A stretch of 64,000 nucleotides of DNA from a virus (IMGVR_UViG_3300009151_000061:8424-72423); one strand, 5' to 3'; counted from the first letter of the stretch, positions 19,444 to 29,778 are shown. The notes: generated by a model not told the origin, from the letters alone. A program made the numbers and translations.

Positions 19444-21069
19444 TTATTTAGTTGATGCAGATTGATTACTACTATACGTTCCATGTGTTTGGTAGAACTT
19501 CTCACCTGGTTGTGAATAGGTAAACCAATCTCTACCCTCAATAGGCCTCAATACATATTGACCATTTTTATCAATATCACCGTTTTGTAAGTATTGAACT
19601 CTTGCTTTCTCAGCTGGTGGTATGTCCATTGTTTTAAATTGATAAGATCCAGTTGCTGTAATAGAATAAGTAAATTTATCATTAGGCACCTCGACCGCAG
19701 ATAGTTGATATCTTTGGTAACTTCTTCCTCTACCTGTATTCATCCTACTATATAACTCTTGAGCACCGAGAGGTCTAGCATTTGTCAGAGTGAATGATAT
19801 TTTAATACTTGATGGTAAATCATTAAATGCTAATGTTTTACCCATGTTCATAGTAACCTCACTACAAATCATATCACCACTTGTAAACATAGGCTTCTTT
19901 GGATTACCGATTGTGATATGCCAAGGTCCTGATGGAGAACCAGTTAAAGCTTGTGTTATACCCAATAACCTAATTTTATATTTACTTATCACACTACCTA
20001 TTGTTGCAGCGAATATATTCTTTATACTACCAGCTATATTATCCACCACGTCCGAAAGACTTTCCGCCTTTTCAGTCAAGTTTTTAAGTATACTAGCTCC
20101 TAATTTACCAATAGCATTGATTAAGGCTCCCACGAAGCTCACTAACGCTCTTCCTATTGCGGCTGCATCACCACTTATTAAGTCTTTAATAATCGGTGCT
20201 GTTGTTTCTGCAAAAGCAGTATTAAAATGAAATACCGCATCTGAAGTACCGAATGTTAAGGCATTTTGTATTATATCCATATAAACAAGAGTAGGATCAA
20301 CTCCATTTATAAACTTCTGTTCATATTCAACTTCAAACTTAACAGATATAGTTGCTTTTAATCCACTACCTGCTTGATTTTTTTCAACAGTATTTCTTCT
20401 TTTAGCTTCTCTTATTAAGTTAGGATTTCCCAATGGTGAGTTTCCTATACCAAACTCAGTTAATCCAAGTTCTTGCATCACTGCATATTGTAAACCCTCC
20501 ATCATACCACCAAATGGTATTGAGTTAAACCCTTTAGCTACAGTATCTCCTAGGTTTCCCCAATTTGATTCCTGTGAACCTTTGGTATCCTCACCTATAT
20601 CATTTAGAACTTTTGTAAAAGAAGCATCTGATGAGACCCAATCCTCACCGTACTGTACAGAAAAATATTCAGAATCACCATCTTTTATCCAACCAACAAT
20701 TGTTGCCATTGGGCTAGCCATAATAGATGTTAAATCACTTGGTGCTCCACTTGCAAATCTCCTAGCCACCATTAATCTATTATTAGGATAAACACCAACG
20801 TCTTTAAGATATGCAAAATCAGCATATCTCAACTTCATAGCTGGGTAACCACTAGTATATGATATCAATGATGATATAGAAGTGTCATTAACATCGTTAT
20901 TGTGTATATCATTAGGACCACCAATTAACTGAGGAGTACCATTAGTCTCAAGTAATCTTGGATATGGGCTGAACTGAGCATTCTCAAACATTGATTGGAC
21001 ATTCTTACCATTAATAACTTTGTATTGTGGTATTCTACCGGCGCCTCTTGGATTTAATGGGTTTGACAT
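19444..21069 (-). CDS. putative baseplate/tail structural protein
   Basis: First gene of the late operon (TAATATATA at 21088-21096, -); position in the tail block. Confidence 0.55.
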   Translation of the reverse strand: MSNPLNPRGAGRIPQYKVINGKNVQSMFENAQFSPYPRLLETNGTPQLIGGPNDIHNNDVNDTSISSLISYTSGYPAMKLRYADFAYLKDVGVYPNNRLMVARRFASGAPSDLTSIMASPMATIVGWIKDGDSEYFSVQYGEDWVSSDASFTKVLNDIGEDTKGSQESNWGNLGDTVAKGFNSIPFGGMMEGLQYAVMQELGLTEFGIGNSPLGNPNLIREAKRRNTVEKNQAGSGLKATISVKFEVEYEQKFINGVDPTLVYMDIIQNALTFGTSDAVFHFNTAFAETTAPIIKDLISGDAAAIGRALVSFVGALINAIGKLGASILKNLTEKAESLSDVVDNIAGSIKNIFAATIGSVISKYKIRLLGITQALTGSPSGPWHITIGNPKKPMFTSGDMICSEVTMNMGKTLAFNDLPSSIKISFTLTNARPLGAQELYSRMNTGRGRSYQRYQLSAVEVPNDKFTYSITATGSYQFKTMDIPPAEKARVQYLQNGDIDKNGQYVLRPIEGRDWFTYSQPGEKFYQTHGTYSSNQSASTK

Positions 21070-21120
21070 GTAAAGATTAATTTTATTTATATATTAAATA
21101 GTTAATAATCTATATTAAAA

Positions 21121-21804
21121 TTAATATTTATACATTTTTATATGTCTATTAGTATAGCTACATAATGGTTGGAGATTTGTATAATGATTTAATTTAATTA
21201 TATCATCTTCTGCTTCTGCACTATCTAAAGGTATAATATGATCAACATCCCAACCATAATTTAATTCACCGCTTTTAAACTTACCATGATTTTCCCAATT
21301 CATCCATGATTCAAACTTAGATTCTAAATATAATTTGAAATCTTCAAAAGATATACCCAATATATCTTCCGTTTTAGAATTTTTAGTGTATCCATTTAAT
21401 CTAAGCGAATTACCTATCATTCCACGACAAATTTGTTTTGTTTTAAATAATGGGTCTGACTTTTTCTTATTATATTGAGTTTTAGCATATTCACGATTTT
21501 TAATTGTTAATAACTCTCGGTTATTTTCTCTATATTCCTTTTGAATCAGTCTAACCTCTTCTTTATTCTCCAAATAATATTTTGATTGATTCTCTCGTAT
21601 TCTCTCTTTATTTTTAGAGTAATATTTCTTATCCGACTCAGATACAAATTCTATATTATCTATCCTATATTGTTTTTTATATTTATGAATTCTTTCCTTA
21701 TTGTCAATAATATATTGTTTAGTACAAACTTTACATCTAGTTTGATTTTTATAAAAATCTTCTATTTCTTTAATTGAATCACATATATAACATTTCTTTT
21801 CCAT
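21121..21804 (-). mobile_element. free-standing HNH-type homing endonuclease
   Basis: N-terminal CxxC pairs, helical linker, WDVDHIIPL...NHYTNLQPL. Own TAATATATA at 21809-21817. Confidence 0.8.
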
Positions 21805-21839
21805 AATGTATATATTAAAAATTTAATAATCCCTGATTA

Positions 21840-22232
21840 TCAATAGTCTCTTATTATTTGGCTGTTGCTAAATTTGGATAAACTGCCCAGTACATCATCT
21901 AATAAATCTGGGTCTTTGCGGAATTCGTTGTAAAAAATTAAAACATTGAAGTTATTATCTTCTCCTAATATCTTTCTAATATTTATTAGTTTCTCTATGG
22001 AGAACTCATTATCAAAATCGGGGACATAGTATATATCCTTATTCTTCTCAATTGCTTGTTGTATTTTTTGGAATATGATTATTTTGAGATACGTTTTTTC
22101 CTTATCAAACGATATTTCTTCTTCCTCCATTATTTTTTTAATATCAATAATATATTTGTTCCTTATTCTATTTACCTTGACATACTTGTCTAGTTTTTTG
22201 CGTGTTTTAACATATACACAGAAGAAATCCAT
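21840..22232 (-). CDS. hypothetical protein
   Basis: ORF track. Confidence 0.6.
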   Translation of the reverse strand: MDFFCVYVKTRKKLDKYVKVNRIRNKYIIDIKKIMEEEEISFDKEKTYLKIIIFQKIQQAIEKNKDIYYVPDFDNEFSIEKLINIRKILGEDNNFNVLIFYNEFRKDPDLLDDVLGSLSKFSNSQIIRDY

Positions 22233-22320
22233 AGCTCTTTTTCATTTTTTACAGAAGCCTAATGGCCTTTCCTGTATCACAACTATATTTATCAAAAAAC
22301 ACAACCTTCCTCCTAATTTA

Positions 22321-22358
22321 AAATAGAATAAGACACTGAAAAGTGTCTTATTCTATTT
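22321..22358. terminator. intrinsic terminator (17-bp stem)
   Basis: aaatagaataagacact-gaaa-agtgtcttattctattt, directly after the stop of the DHH gene. Confidence 0.8.
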
Positions 22359-24181
22359 TATTCAAAGTTTCCAATAATCTTATTATTGTCTATATTCATT
22401 GAGAACCCTTTACCACCCTCACTTTTCTTAGGTTCAAACTTTGAATCAAACCCAGCTTTTATAAACTGATCTTTTGATACTGGTTTAACGTCACCAGTTT
22501 TATCTTTTAAGAAATATTCAAAGTTTTCATTAGCAACATCAGCACTTAACTTAACATCACCGGTTTGATACTCAACTTCTTGACCATTTCTGATCGCGTC
22601 GATCTTAGCTTTCAATATGGTTAAGAACTCATCAGCAAATAATTTCATTACATCTGTATATTTATCGGTACCAAAGTATCCTTTAAGTAAGTCATATCTA
22701 CTTGACAAATAGTTAAGTCCTTGAATATTAGTTATTGAAGGGTGACCACCACTGTTAACTGTTATAATATCAAATACTGGAATCTTCAATAATCCCATCA
22801 TTGTTCTATCTCTATCAGTCCATTCAGAAAAAGGTTTGTCCATACAATCACGAACAATCTTAACAACCTGTCCACCTTGTGGGTCTTCTTCGTTGTTTAG
22901 ATCTGGTATAGCAGTTGTTTTCATATCACCAGACTTTCTATTAGGTAACCACATTATTGATTTTGGATAGAAAGATTTTAAGTCACCAAATGTAAATCCA
23001 ATTGGTTGATAAGCTTCACCGTATTTAGTTTTCATTTTAGCAACATCATCTTCACTAATTCTTTTAATATCAGAAATAGGAACATAAAATCTTTTTAGTT
23101 TATCTTGATACTTAGCCAACATTTCTTGTGTGATAGCACCTAAATCTACCTTAGCTAGTTTCTTCTCCTTGAATGGGTTACATGAGACTTGAATAAGACC
23201 CATTGGGAAAATGGTACAAACGAATTCGGACTCAGGATTATTCTTAAATACGATATATCTATCATACGAACCTGGATTCATTGCATAACCAATACCATAT
23301 TGTTTAACAATCTTATAATCTTCATCATATTCAAGTTCTTTAGCATTTACTCTACTACCAATATACTTATCTAAGTTAGCTTTAAGATCTTCGACCGATG
23401 AAAGTTTTTTAGGAACATTATGCTTTCTTGCTGATTTATCATATTCTAAAGAAATCGCATTCTCCATATAATGTTTAATATTCAAGAACATAGAAACTAA
23501 TGACGGAGTTGAATCCATAACCAAACATTCCAAGAAGTTTTTATTATTATGTTCCCTTTTACCATCTAAACTAACAACACTTATTCTCTTGTTTTTAAAC
23601 ACTAGAAGTAGTCTGTTTACAACAAACCCCATCATATATCTGTTTTTCTCACCAGATAGGTTTTTATTAACAGAGTATATCATATTTTGAATATCTTCCG
23701 GTTTGATATCATACTTCAAGAAGTCAGCTGAGTCAACTGTTTTAACCAAGTCAATATCACTCTTCATGAATATATCCGAAGGAGATATTTCATCCGAAAT
23801 AGTTTCCACGTTTGAACGACTTGGTTTAGCATATGATGAACCTGATGGTTCACCTGTTTGACCAGTGTGGTGATCGGTTGCTATGGTAAACATAGTCTTA
23901 AAGTGAGCAAAGTCCACAAGAACTGCCATTGAGTCTGGTCTTTTTTGCTTAATAGCATATTCCATACCACCATATTGTGTGATATGAGAATCAACCATCT
24001 TTAGTTTATATCTTTCAAGATAGCTTTTCATACCCAACGCTGAGCAAACTCCATCAAGATCCTGATGGAACCAGATTTCAAAATTGTTACTACCTGATTC
24101 AGCTTTGTGATCGGCGATTAGTTTTGTGATATTTCTTATACCAACCTCTTCATTTAGGAATTGATTATATTTCTTTAACAT
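22358..24181 (-). CDS. DHH-family phosphoesterase with N-terminal motif
   Basis: HQDLDGVCS, VDFAH, TDHH and C-terminal SGGH (DHHA1-like); starts MLKKYNQFLNEE. Confidence 0.8.
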   Translation of the reverse strand: MLKKYNQFLNEEVGIRNITKLIADHKAESGSNNFEIWFHQDLDGVCSALGMKSYLERYKLKMVDSHITQYGGMEYAIKQKRPDSMAVLVDFAHFKTMFTIATDHHTGQTGEPSGSSYAKPSRSNVETISDEISPSDIFMKSDIDLVKTVDSADFLKYDIKPEDIQNMIYSVNKNLSGEKNRYMMGFVVNRLLLVFKNKRISVVSLDGKREHNNKNFLECLVMDSTPSLVSMFLNIKHYMENAISLEYDKSARKHNVPKKLSSVEDLKANLDKYIGSRVNAKELEYDEDYKIVKQYGIGYAMNPGSYDRYIVFKNNPESEFVCTIFPMGLIQVSCNPFKEKKLAKVDLGAITQEMLAKYQDKLKRFYVPISDIKRISEDDVAKMKTKYGEAYQPIGFTFGDLKSFYPKSIMWLPNRKSGDMKTTAIPDLNNEEDPQGGQVVKIVRDCMDKPFSEWTDRDRTMMGLLKIPVFDIITVNSGGHPSITNIQGLNYLSSRYDLLKGYFGTDKYTDVMKLFADEFLTILKAKIDAIRNGQEVEYQTGDVKLSADVANENFEYFLKDKTGDVKPVSKDQFIKAGFDSKFEPKKSEGGKGFSMNIDNNKIIGNFE

Positions 24182-24207
24182 AGTTATTTATTTATATTTT
24201 ACCAATT

Positions 24208-24756
24208 TTATTCTTCGTCTTCTTCGTCAAATCCTTCTTCATCAAGGTCTTCTTCGTCTTCATTATAGTCAGAATGAATGTCACCTTCTTCGTCAGTAAA
24301 CATACCTTCACCTTCTTCATCTTCACTATCAACATTAATAGTTTCTTCGGTTACATTTTCATCAACCCATTTTTGAAGCATCTCACCCATATCAATACCC
24401 AACTCTTCTAAGTCAGCTAACATTTCATCAATATTAGCAAAATCTGCGTTTGATAAGTATGATTTTAAGTTAGGCATTTCTTCCTGAATGAACTCAATAA
24501 ACATTTGATAGTTTACCGCAATCTTATGCTCTTCACCATATTCGTCTTCAACCCAAACATCAAAGAAATCCATTTTATCATCGACATCTAAATCGACATC
24601 TTGATCCATGTCTTGATCCATGTCATCTTCATGATCATAATCATCTGTTTCTTCATTATTAGTACCGTGTTCCCACTTAACCACTTTATATTGAGCACCA
24701 GAACCCATATCATCGTTTTCATCTTGGTACTCATTAAACTCTAAAATGTGTCTCAT
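24208..24756 (-). CDS. acidic protein, MRHILEFNE N-terminus
   Basis: ORF track; D/E-rich. Confidence 0.7.
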   Translation of the reverse strand: MRHILEFNEYQDENDDMGSGAQYKVVKWEHGTNNEETDDYDHEDDMDQDMDQDVDLDVDDKMDFFDVWVEDEYGEEHKIAVNYQMFIEFIQEEMPNLKSYLSNADFANIDEMLADLEELGIDMGEMLQKWVDENVTEETINVDSEDEEGEGMFTDEEGDIHSDYNEDEEDLDEEGFDEEDEE

Positions 24757-24764
24757 ATATTTAT

Positions 24765-26153
24765 TTATTTTTTAAACCCTTTTATAACACCCATATCCTT
24801 TTTTCTGTTATAAGTATCATCATCAAATGATGTATCAAAGAAGTTATCTGTATCAGTTACTATCTTTGTATCAGAACTTATATTCCCAAAAGGACCTAGT
24901 TTACCACTACGAAATACTCCACCATACATATCAGCATTCAAATAACCATTCATAAAGAAACAATCATTTAACTCAGAAGCCTCAACACTAGTATTAAGTA
25001 CTTTTGAGTTATTAATATTTGAACCATGTACTTTTGATTTAATAAGCTGTGAATCGTCTATCTCTGAATTTACAAAGTGACAGTTCTCAAATATACCATC
25101 ACTAATACGACAGTTTATAAAATCATACCCTTTAATATTTTGTGTAGCTTTAATATTACCGTCTATAACCTCAATGGTTTGTGTCGTAGTTACATAGTTT
25201 ATTATACAATCCTTTAAAGAATCAGTTGAATCAACCAGATTATATAGTTTTGGATATATTTTATCATAATAAGCGTTAACTACATCATAGTTATAGAACT
25301 GATCGATCTGTAATGATACAGTAGGGAAGTCAACAATAAAGTTGTCATACTTAGAGAAGTTCTTAAAATTACTGATGTTTAAGTCTAAATACTCTTCAAG
25401 CTTTTCTATATCTTGATTATTAAATGAAGCATCTATTGAATCATGTACATCAATAATAAATCTATCTAAGAAGTAAAGTATTTGACCTATATTCTTTTCG
25501 TAGTCTTTACCACCTATATAACGAAACTCTAATCTTTGAGTTTCTTTTGGATTGTTTATATGTAGAAAGTTTATACCATAATACTTATCCTCTGGTAATC
25601 TTATGTTATTTTTGACAGAATCAATCGGGATATTATTGAAGTCATATTCCTTAAATGGTATAACCTTTTTAACTGTTTTTGCGTAAACATTATCCTTTCT
25701 TGAAGGAAAAACACGATAGATTTCATCTTCATCAACATTGAGTATAAGTTTTAACATATTCAAATCATTTAGATCCTTATCAAATTCCGGTAAGAATGAT
25801 AGGTTAAAGTGAATAGAAGATTTCCCTGTTGTGTAACCATACATCTGAATAAATTTCAAGATCTTTATTAAATAAAACTTACCTTCAAAATAAGACATAG
25901 GACCGGTTACCAACTCAACCATGTTAGCACCACCAGATAAGTCTGGTTCAATCTTAAAGTTTTCTGAATCGGGTGTAAAGTCAGAGTGATACTTCTTAAA
26001 CCCCCATACCTTAACAGGTGCTAGGTACTGATTAAGGAGTTCCATAGTTTTATAATAAGACAAGTCCTTCATAAAAAACTCAAACTCAAAACCACACCGG
26101 CTTTTCTTGAGAACGTCAGTATTATTAATGAAGGTTTCTGAATATTTTTTCAT
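24765..26153 (-). CDS. putative amidoligase (COOH-NH2 ligase type) with C-terminal beta-helix-like repeats
   Basis: GFEFEF, EPDLS...ELVT, SIHFNLS, KYYGIN, LEFRYIGG. TAATATATA at 26160-26168 (-). Confidence 0.7.
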   Translation of the reverse strand: MKKYSETFINNTDVLKKSRCGFEFEFFMKDLSYYKTMELLNQYLAPVKVWGFKKYHSDFTPDSENFKIEPDLSGGANMVELVTGPMSYFEGKFYLIKILKFIQMYGYTTGKSSIHFNLSFLPEFDKDLNDLNMLKLILNVDEDEIYRVFPSRKDNVYAKTVKKVIPFKEYDFNNIPIDSVKNNIRLPEDKYYGINFLHINNPKETQRLEFRYIGGKDYEKNIGQILYFLDRFIIDVHDSIDASFNNQDIEKLEEYLDLNISNFKNFSKYDNFIVDFPTVSLQIDQFYNYDVVNAYYDKIYPKLYNLVDSTDSLKDCIINYVTTTQTIEVIDGNIKATQNIKGYDFINCRISDGIFENCHFVNSEIDDSQLIKSKVHGSNINNSKVLNTSVEASELNDCFFMNGYLNADMYGGVFRSGKLGPFGNISSDTKIVTDTDNFFDTSFDDDTYNRKKDMGVIKGFKK

Positions 26154-26193
26154 ATTTACTATATATTAAAAAAATTCTATTGATTTTATTTCA

Positions 26194-26201
26194 TATATTT
26201 G
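26194..26201 (+). promoter_or_regulatory. Bacteroidota-type promoter TATATTTG
   Basis: 4 nt before ATG 26206. Confidence 0.55.
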
Positions 26202-26205
26202 TAAT

Positions 26206-26562
26206 ATGAGATCATATAGTAAAATAAAAAGTTTTTTATGTCCTGTATTTAATATAGACGATGACTCTAAAAAGGAACAAGTAAAATCTGCTATTATTAA
26301 TATAATATCTGCGTCCAAACATCCAGTTAAGCTTAGTGATATATCATTTATTTTTCTTCAACAGAATATTCTATACCGGATTTATGATACTCATTTAAAT
26401 GATCAAATTCATTTTGTATATGAAGGGGTTAAATCTCTTGTAAAAGAAAAAATAATTGTAGAAGACACATCTAAACAAAAATTCTTTGATGATGGTAACG
26501 TATTATATTCTTTACCAAAAGATATCAAAAGAGAAATTCTTTTAGATCAGTTACTATCTTAA
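26206..26562 (+). CDS. hypothetical protein with C-terminal REILLDQLLS
   Basis: ORF track; variant of the C-terminal motif. Confidence 0.7.
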   Translation: MRSYSKIKSFLCPVFNIDDDSKKEQVKSAIINIISASKHPVKLSDISFIFLQQNILYRIYDTHLNDQIHFVYEGVKSLVKEKIIVEDTSKQKFFDDGNVLYSLPKDIKREILLDQLLS

Positions 26563-26963
26563 TATAAGTTATTAGATCTAATCTTTATTTCAACCAAACT
26601 AACGTTATCTGTATTATTAAGTATATTATCGATTTTTTCATCCCTTCTACTTTGAAGTGATGGACTCAAAAGTATTTTATCTCTATCTAGTGTGAAATTT
26701 ACAAATACTTGCATTGACATCAAATACCCAACTGGTATATTACTTTCTATATCCTCTGGTATTGATATACCACCCATTATTCTATTAAAAGACGGACTAT
26801 CTACTAATAGATTCCAAAAGGAGGGGGATATAACCATTTCCTCCAGTTTTATATTTTTCATCGAATACTCATTTTTGATATAAATTATATCAGTAATGAA
26901 TACCCTTAATATGTCCTGATAGCTATAGGACATTGAAGTTGATTCTAAATCGATTTCAATCAT
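26559..26963 (-). CDS. possible gp23 major-capsid-like fragment with RDEKIDNIL motif
   Basis: MVISPSFWNLL...PVGYLMSMQVFVN...ILL resembles the C-terminal part of T4-like MCPs (by eye). Confidence 0.4.
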   Translation of the reverse strand: MIEIDLESTSMSYSYQDILRVFITDIIYIKNEYSMKNIKLEEMVISPSFWNLLVDSPSFNRIMGGISIPEDIESNIPVGYLMSMQVFVNFTLDRDKILLSPSLQSRRDEKIDNILNNTDNVSLVEIKIRSNNLY

Positions 26964-26994
26964 TTGATTATTTGCTTGTTTTTTCGTATCTTTG
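26963..26994 (+). promoter_or_regulatory. Bacteroidota-type promoter TTTG-N20-TATCTTTG
   Basis: TTTG at 26963-26966 and TATCTTTG at 26987-26994. Confidence 0.6.
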
Positions 26995-27011
26995 TTAATA
27001 TATATCTAAAG

Positions 27012-27920
27012 ATGAAACTAACCTCCGAAATTATATCTACAAATCTCTTACTGTTGGAAAAAGCTAAAAAAGATTTTCCATTATTAGTTAGTTATGAAAA
27101 CTGTATCGACTACAGTGAGAAAGCTAAACTAAGACAGGAAATACTTGAATTTGGACTTGGACTATACCTTGAATTTATAGACTTTGTTAAAGAAATGACT
27201 AATAAGGAACAGGAGATATTCTATCGTAGAAAGATTAAAAATCCTGAGTTCCAAGAAATCCTTTCAAAACAAGCCAACGATGATGATGCTAAAAAGTCTT
27301 TTAAGAGCAAGGCTGCAAAATCATTTGAGAGCTTAATGAACTCTGATAAGTGGGAAGACTTTTCTGGGTATAGATCAAACTATCGTAGGAAAAGACGTAG
27401 GTGGGCAAATAACTTTTCTGGTTCAGACGCCATTGCTTCTAATTACATTATCCAAAATGAGTTGGAAATAAAAGACGAGTATTTACATAGAGTTTGTAAA
27501 TGGTATCGGATGAAACTACCTCAAGTAGACCTTACAGTTCAAAATGAGATCAACAAAACCAAAGATCTAATATCTTTTATGATCTCAAAAATGAGCGACT
27601 CTGGTATTGACTTTAGAAGATTAAACTTTACTCACCTAACATCACAGTTAAGTGATGAGATAAAGAAGAAGATACTAACTATTGATACTGATGAGAAAAT
27701 AAAACTCATTGCTAATGATTTTATCCCCTCAGGATTCACACCCGGTATTTTCTATAATGTCATTGGTAAACAGTTAGCTACCGAAGAAGCTGGTGGAGGA
27801 AACATACTTATGGTAAATGTTAGAAATGATATGGATAAAAGTGTTTGGGTAAAGTATAGATATTTCGAAACAGTCTCTAATCTAAGAGATTCAGCATTAG
27901 ATTTTTTATTAAATAGTTAA
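27012..27920 (+). CDS. hypothetical protein ending RDSALDFLLNS
   Basis: Start moved to ATG 27012. Confidence 0.7.
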   Translation: MKLTSEIISTNLLLLEKAKKDFPLLVSYENCIDYSEKAKLRQEILEFGLGLYLEFIDFVKEMTNKEQEIFYRRKIKNPEFQEILSKQANDDDAKKSFKSKAAKSFESLMNSDKWEDFSGYRSNYRRKRRRWANNFSGSDAIASNYIIQNELEIKDEYLHRVCKWYRMKLPQVDLTVQNEINKTKDLISFMISKMSDSGIDFRRLNFTHLTSQLSDEIKKKILTIDTDEKIKLIANDFIPSGFTPGIFYNVIGKQLATEEAGGGNILMVNVRNDMDKSVWVKYRYFETVSNLRDSALDFLLNS

Positions 27921-27923
27921 TAT

Positions 27924-28409
27924 ATGACAAAGAACGAACAAATACAAAAAATAGTTGACCGTCTAGTTGAAGGAACAAAAGACGGTTCTGTTATATGGAA
28001 AAAAACAAATTCCATTTTTAACTCAGAAACCAAACACCAATACTCTACAACAACTGAGGATGGTAAAACAACGTTTAGATTTGATATTCATCTAAATAAA
28101 ACCCTTCAAATCCAATCCGGATATAACTACATATATATGGATAATCAAGATTTAGTAGACGGAACACTCCAGATATCAGGTATCACATATACTGGTTTAG
28201 ATAACTTACAAGTACTTATATACAATAATTGGATTAAAGCAACCTTACCTACTAAGAATGATGAATCAATAATATTGGATGGTATTCTTACCAATATTGG
28301 TGATAAACAATTAAGGAGAGATAGAGTCTTGGGTGAGATATTTGACGAAAAAACAGAACCAAAAGAAGAACCAAAAAAGAAATCGATCTGGCAGAGATTA
28401 GGATTATGA
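27924..28409 (+). CDS. hypothetical protein (RDRVLGEIF variant motif)
   Basis: ORF track. Confidence 0.7.
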   Translation: MTKNEQIQKIVDRLVEGTKDGSVIWKKTNSIFNSETKHQYSTTTEDGKTTFRFDIHLNKTLQIQSGYNYIYMDNQDLVDGTLQISGITYTGLDNLQVLIYNNWIKATLPTKNDESIILDGILTNIGDKQLRRDRVLGEIFDEKTEPKEEPKKKSIWQRLGL

Positions 28410-29011
28410 TAACTAAGAACGAAATAATAAAAGCATCTGGACTGCATCCAACTAGAGTAATAAATATTTACATTTTTGGATCCAGAGTATATGGTACTTC
28501 CGGTAGAGATTCTGATTGGGATATACTTATTGTTGCAAAAACTCCGAACCCCGAAGTTGAGCTAAAAACTGATAAGTTCAATATCCACATATTGAGTCCT
28601 GACCGTTTTCAGTCTAGTTTAGACTCTCATAATATTCGGAGTATAGAATGTATCATGGCACCTGAATGGGCTAAAATTCAAGAGTTAAAACAGTTTAACT
28701 TTGAATTAAAGTTACCAAGTTTAAGACATTCTATTTCACATATAAGTAATAACAGTTGGGTAAAGTGTAAGAAGAAGTTACAACAGGATGATTACTATAT
28801 TGGTATTAAATCAATATGGCATTCACTTAGAATACCTATGTTTGGTTCTCAAATAGCTCGTTGGGGAGAAATAAGGGACTGGGATTGTGCAAATGATTTA
28901 TGGGAAGAACTTAAATCCAAAAAATGGACTTGGCAAGAACTTGATGAAAGGTTCCGAAAGTCACACAATGAGATCTTATCTGGGTTTAGAATTTTTGCGT
29001 CAAAACACTAA
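28406..29011 (+). CDS. Pol-beta-superfamily nucleotidyltransferase
   Basis: IYIFGSRVYG...DSDWDILIV. Confidence 0.85.
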   Translation: MITKNEIIKASGLHPTRVINIYIFGSRVYGTSGRDSDWDILIVAKTPNPEVELKTDKFNIHILSPDRFQSSLDSHNIRSIECIMAPEWAKIQELKQFNFELKLPSLRHSISHISNNSWVKCKKKLQQDDYYIGIKSIWHSLRIPMFGSQIARWGEIRDWDCANDLWEELKSKKWTWQELDERFRKSHNEILSGFRIFASKH

Positions 29012-29778
29012 CTAATGGTTAACATTTTAGTTAATCCGTTTTCAATGAATAAGTACTCAACGGAAACAGTTTTACCTTCACTATAAATTTTACTAACAGT
29101 TGGTTTACTGTCTATCTTAATATTGTTGTTTATGACTACTGTTATCGAATCATAGTTAGCAAAGTAAATGATAGAATCATTCTCATCCTCGTTTAGATAA
29201 ACATTTATCTCACCTAACTTACCTTCTTTTCTAATCAAAGACTTTGAATTGTTTTCAAATTCAGTAAACCATTCAGATTCTTTGATTATATCAAATATAA
29301 ATGCCGGAACTATCATCCAACTACAATCATGTCCAAAATCTAAAATAGATTTAACTAGATTATCATCTGTATTTTTGTTGAAAATCTTTTTTAGTAAATT
29401 TTGTCTAAAAAATTTAAATGTACTCTTGACTATCTTTTTTGAAGACTTTAGTTCGGATATAAATGTTCTATTCACTGCTATGGAAGCACATTCACATATA
29501 CATTTATTAGTAAATATTGTATTATTCTTAGGAACATCAGATATAACTAAATGATTATTAGAGCTCTTCTGAGTCTTAACGATAAGTCTATGTGGTTTTA
29601 ACTTATAATCTATTCTTTCAGTTATTTCCCTAACAATATGACCTTCTTTCACAGTATTGGTTGTTTCTATACTACCTACTGATTCTTCAACATATATTGT
29701 TTCTACTAACTGATTAACAACAGTTATTTTAGAAATCTTATTGATTATATTTTCTTCTTGATCTGTCTTAGTCAGCAT
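29008..29778 (-). CDS. possible degenerate gp23/gp24 capsid-protein paralog
   Basis: SIAVNRTFISEL, SWMIVPAFIFDII and EGKLGEINVYLN echo T4-like MCP segments (by eye). Confidence 0.4.
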   Translation of the reverse strand: MLTKTDQEENIINKISKITVVNQLVETIYVEESVGSIETTNTVKEGHIVREITERIDYKLKPHRLIVKTQKSSNNHLVISDVPKNNTIFTNKCICECASIAVNRTFISELKSSKKIVKSTFKFFRQNLLKKIFNKNTDDNLVKSILDFGHDCSWMIVPAFIFDIIKESEWFTEFENNSKSLIRKEGKLGEINVYLNEDENDSIIYFANYDSITVVINNNIKIDSKPTVSKIYSEGKTVSVEYLFIENGLTKMLTIS

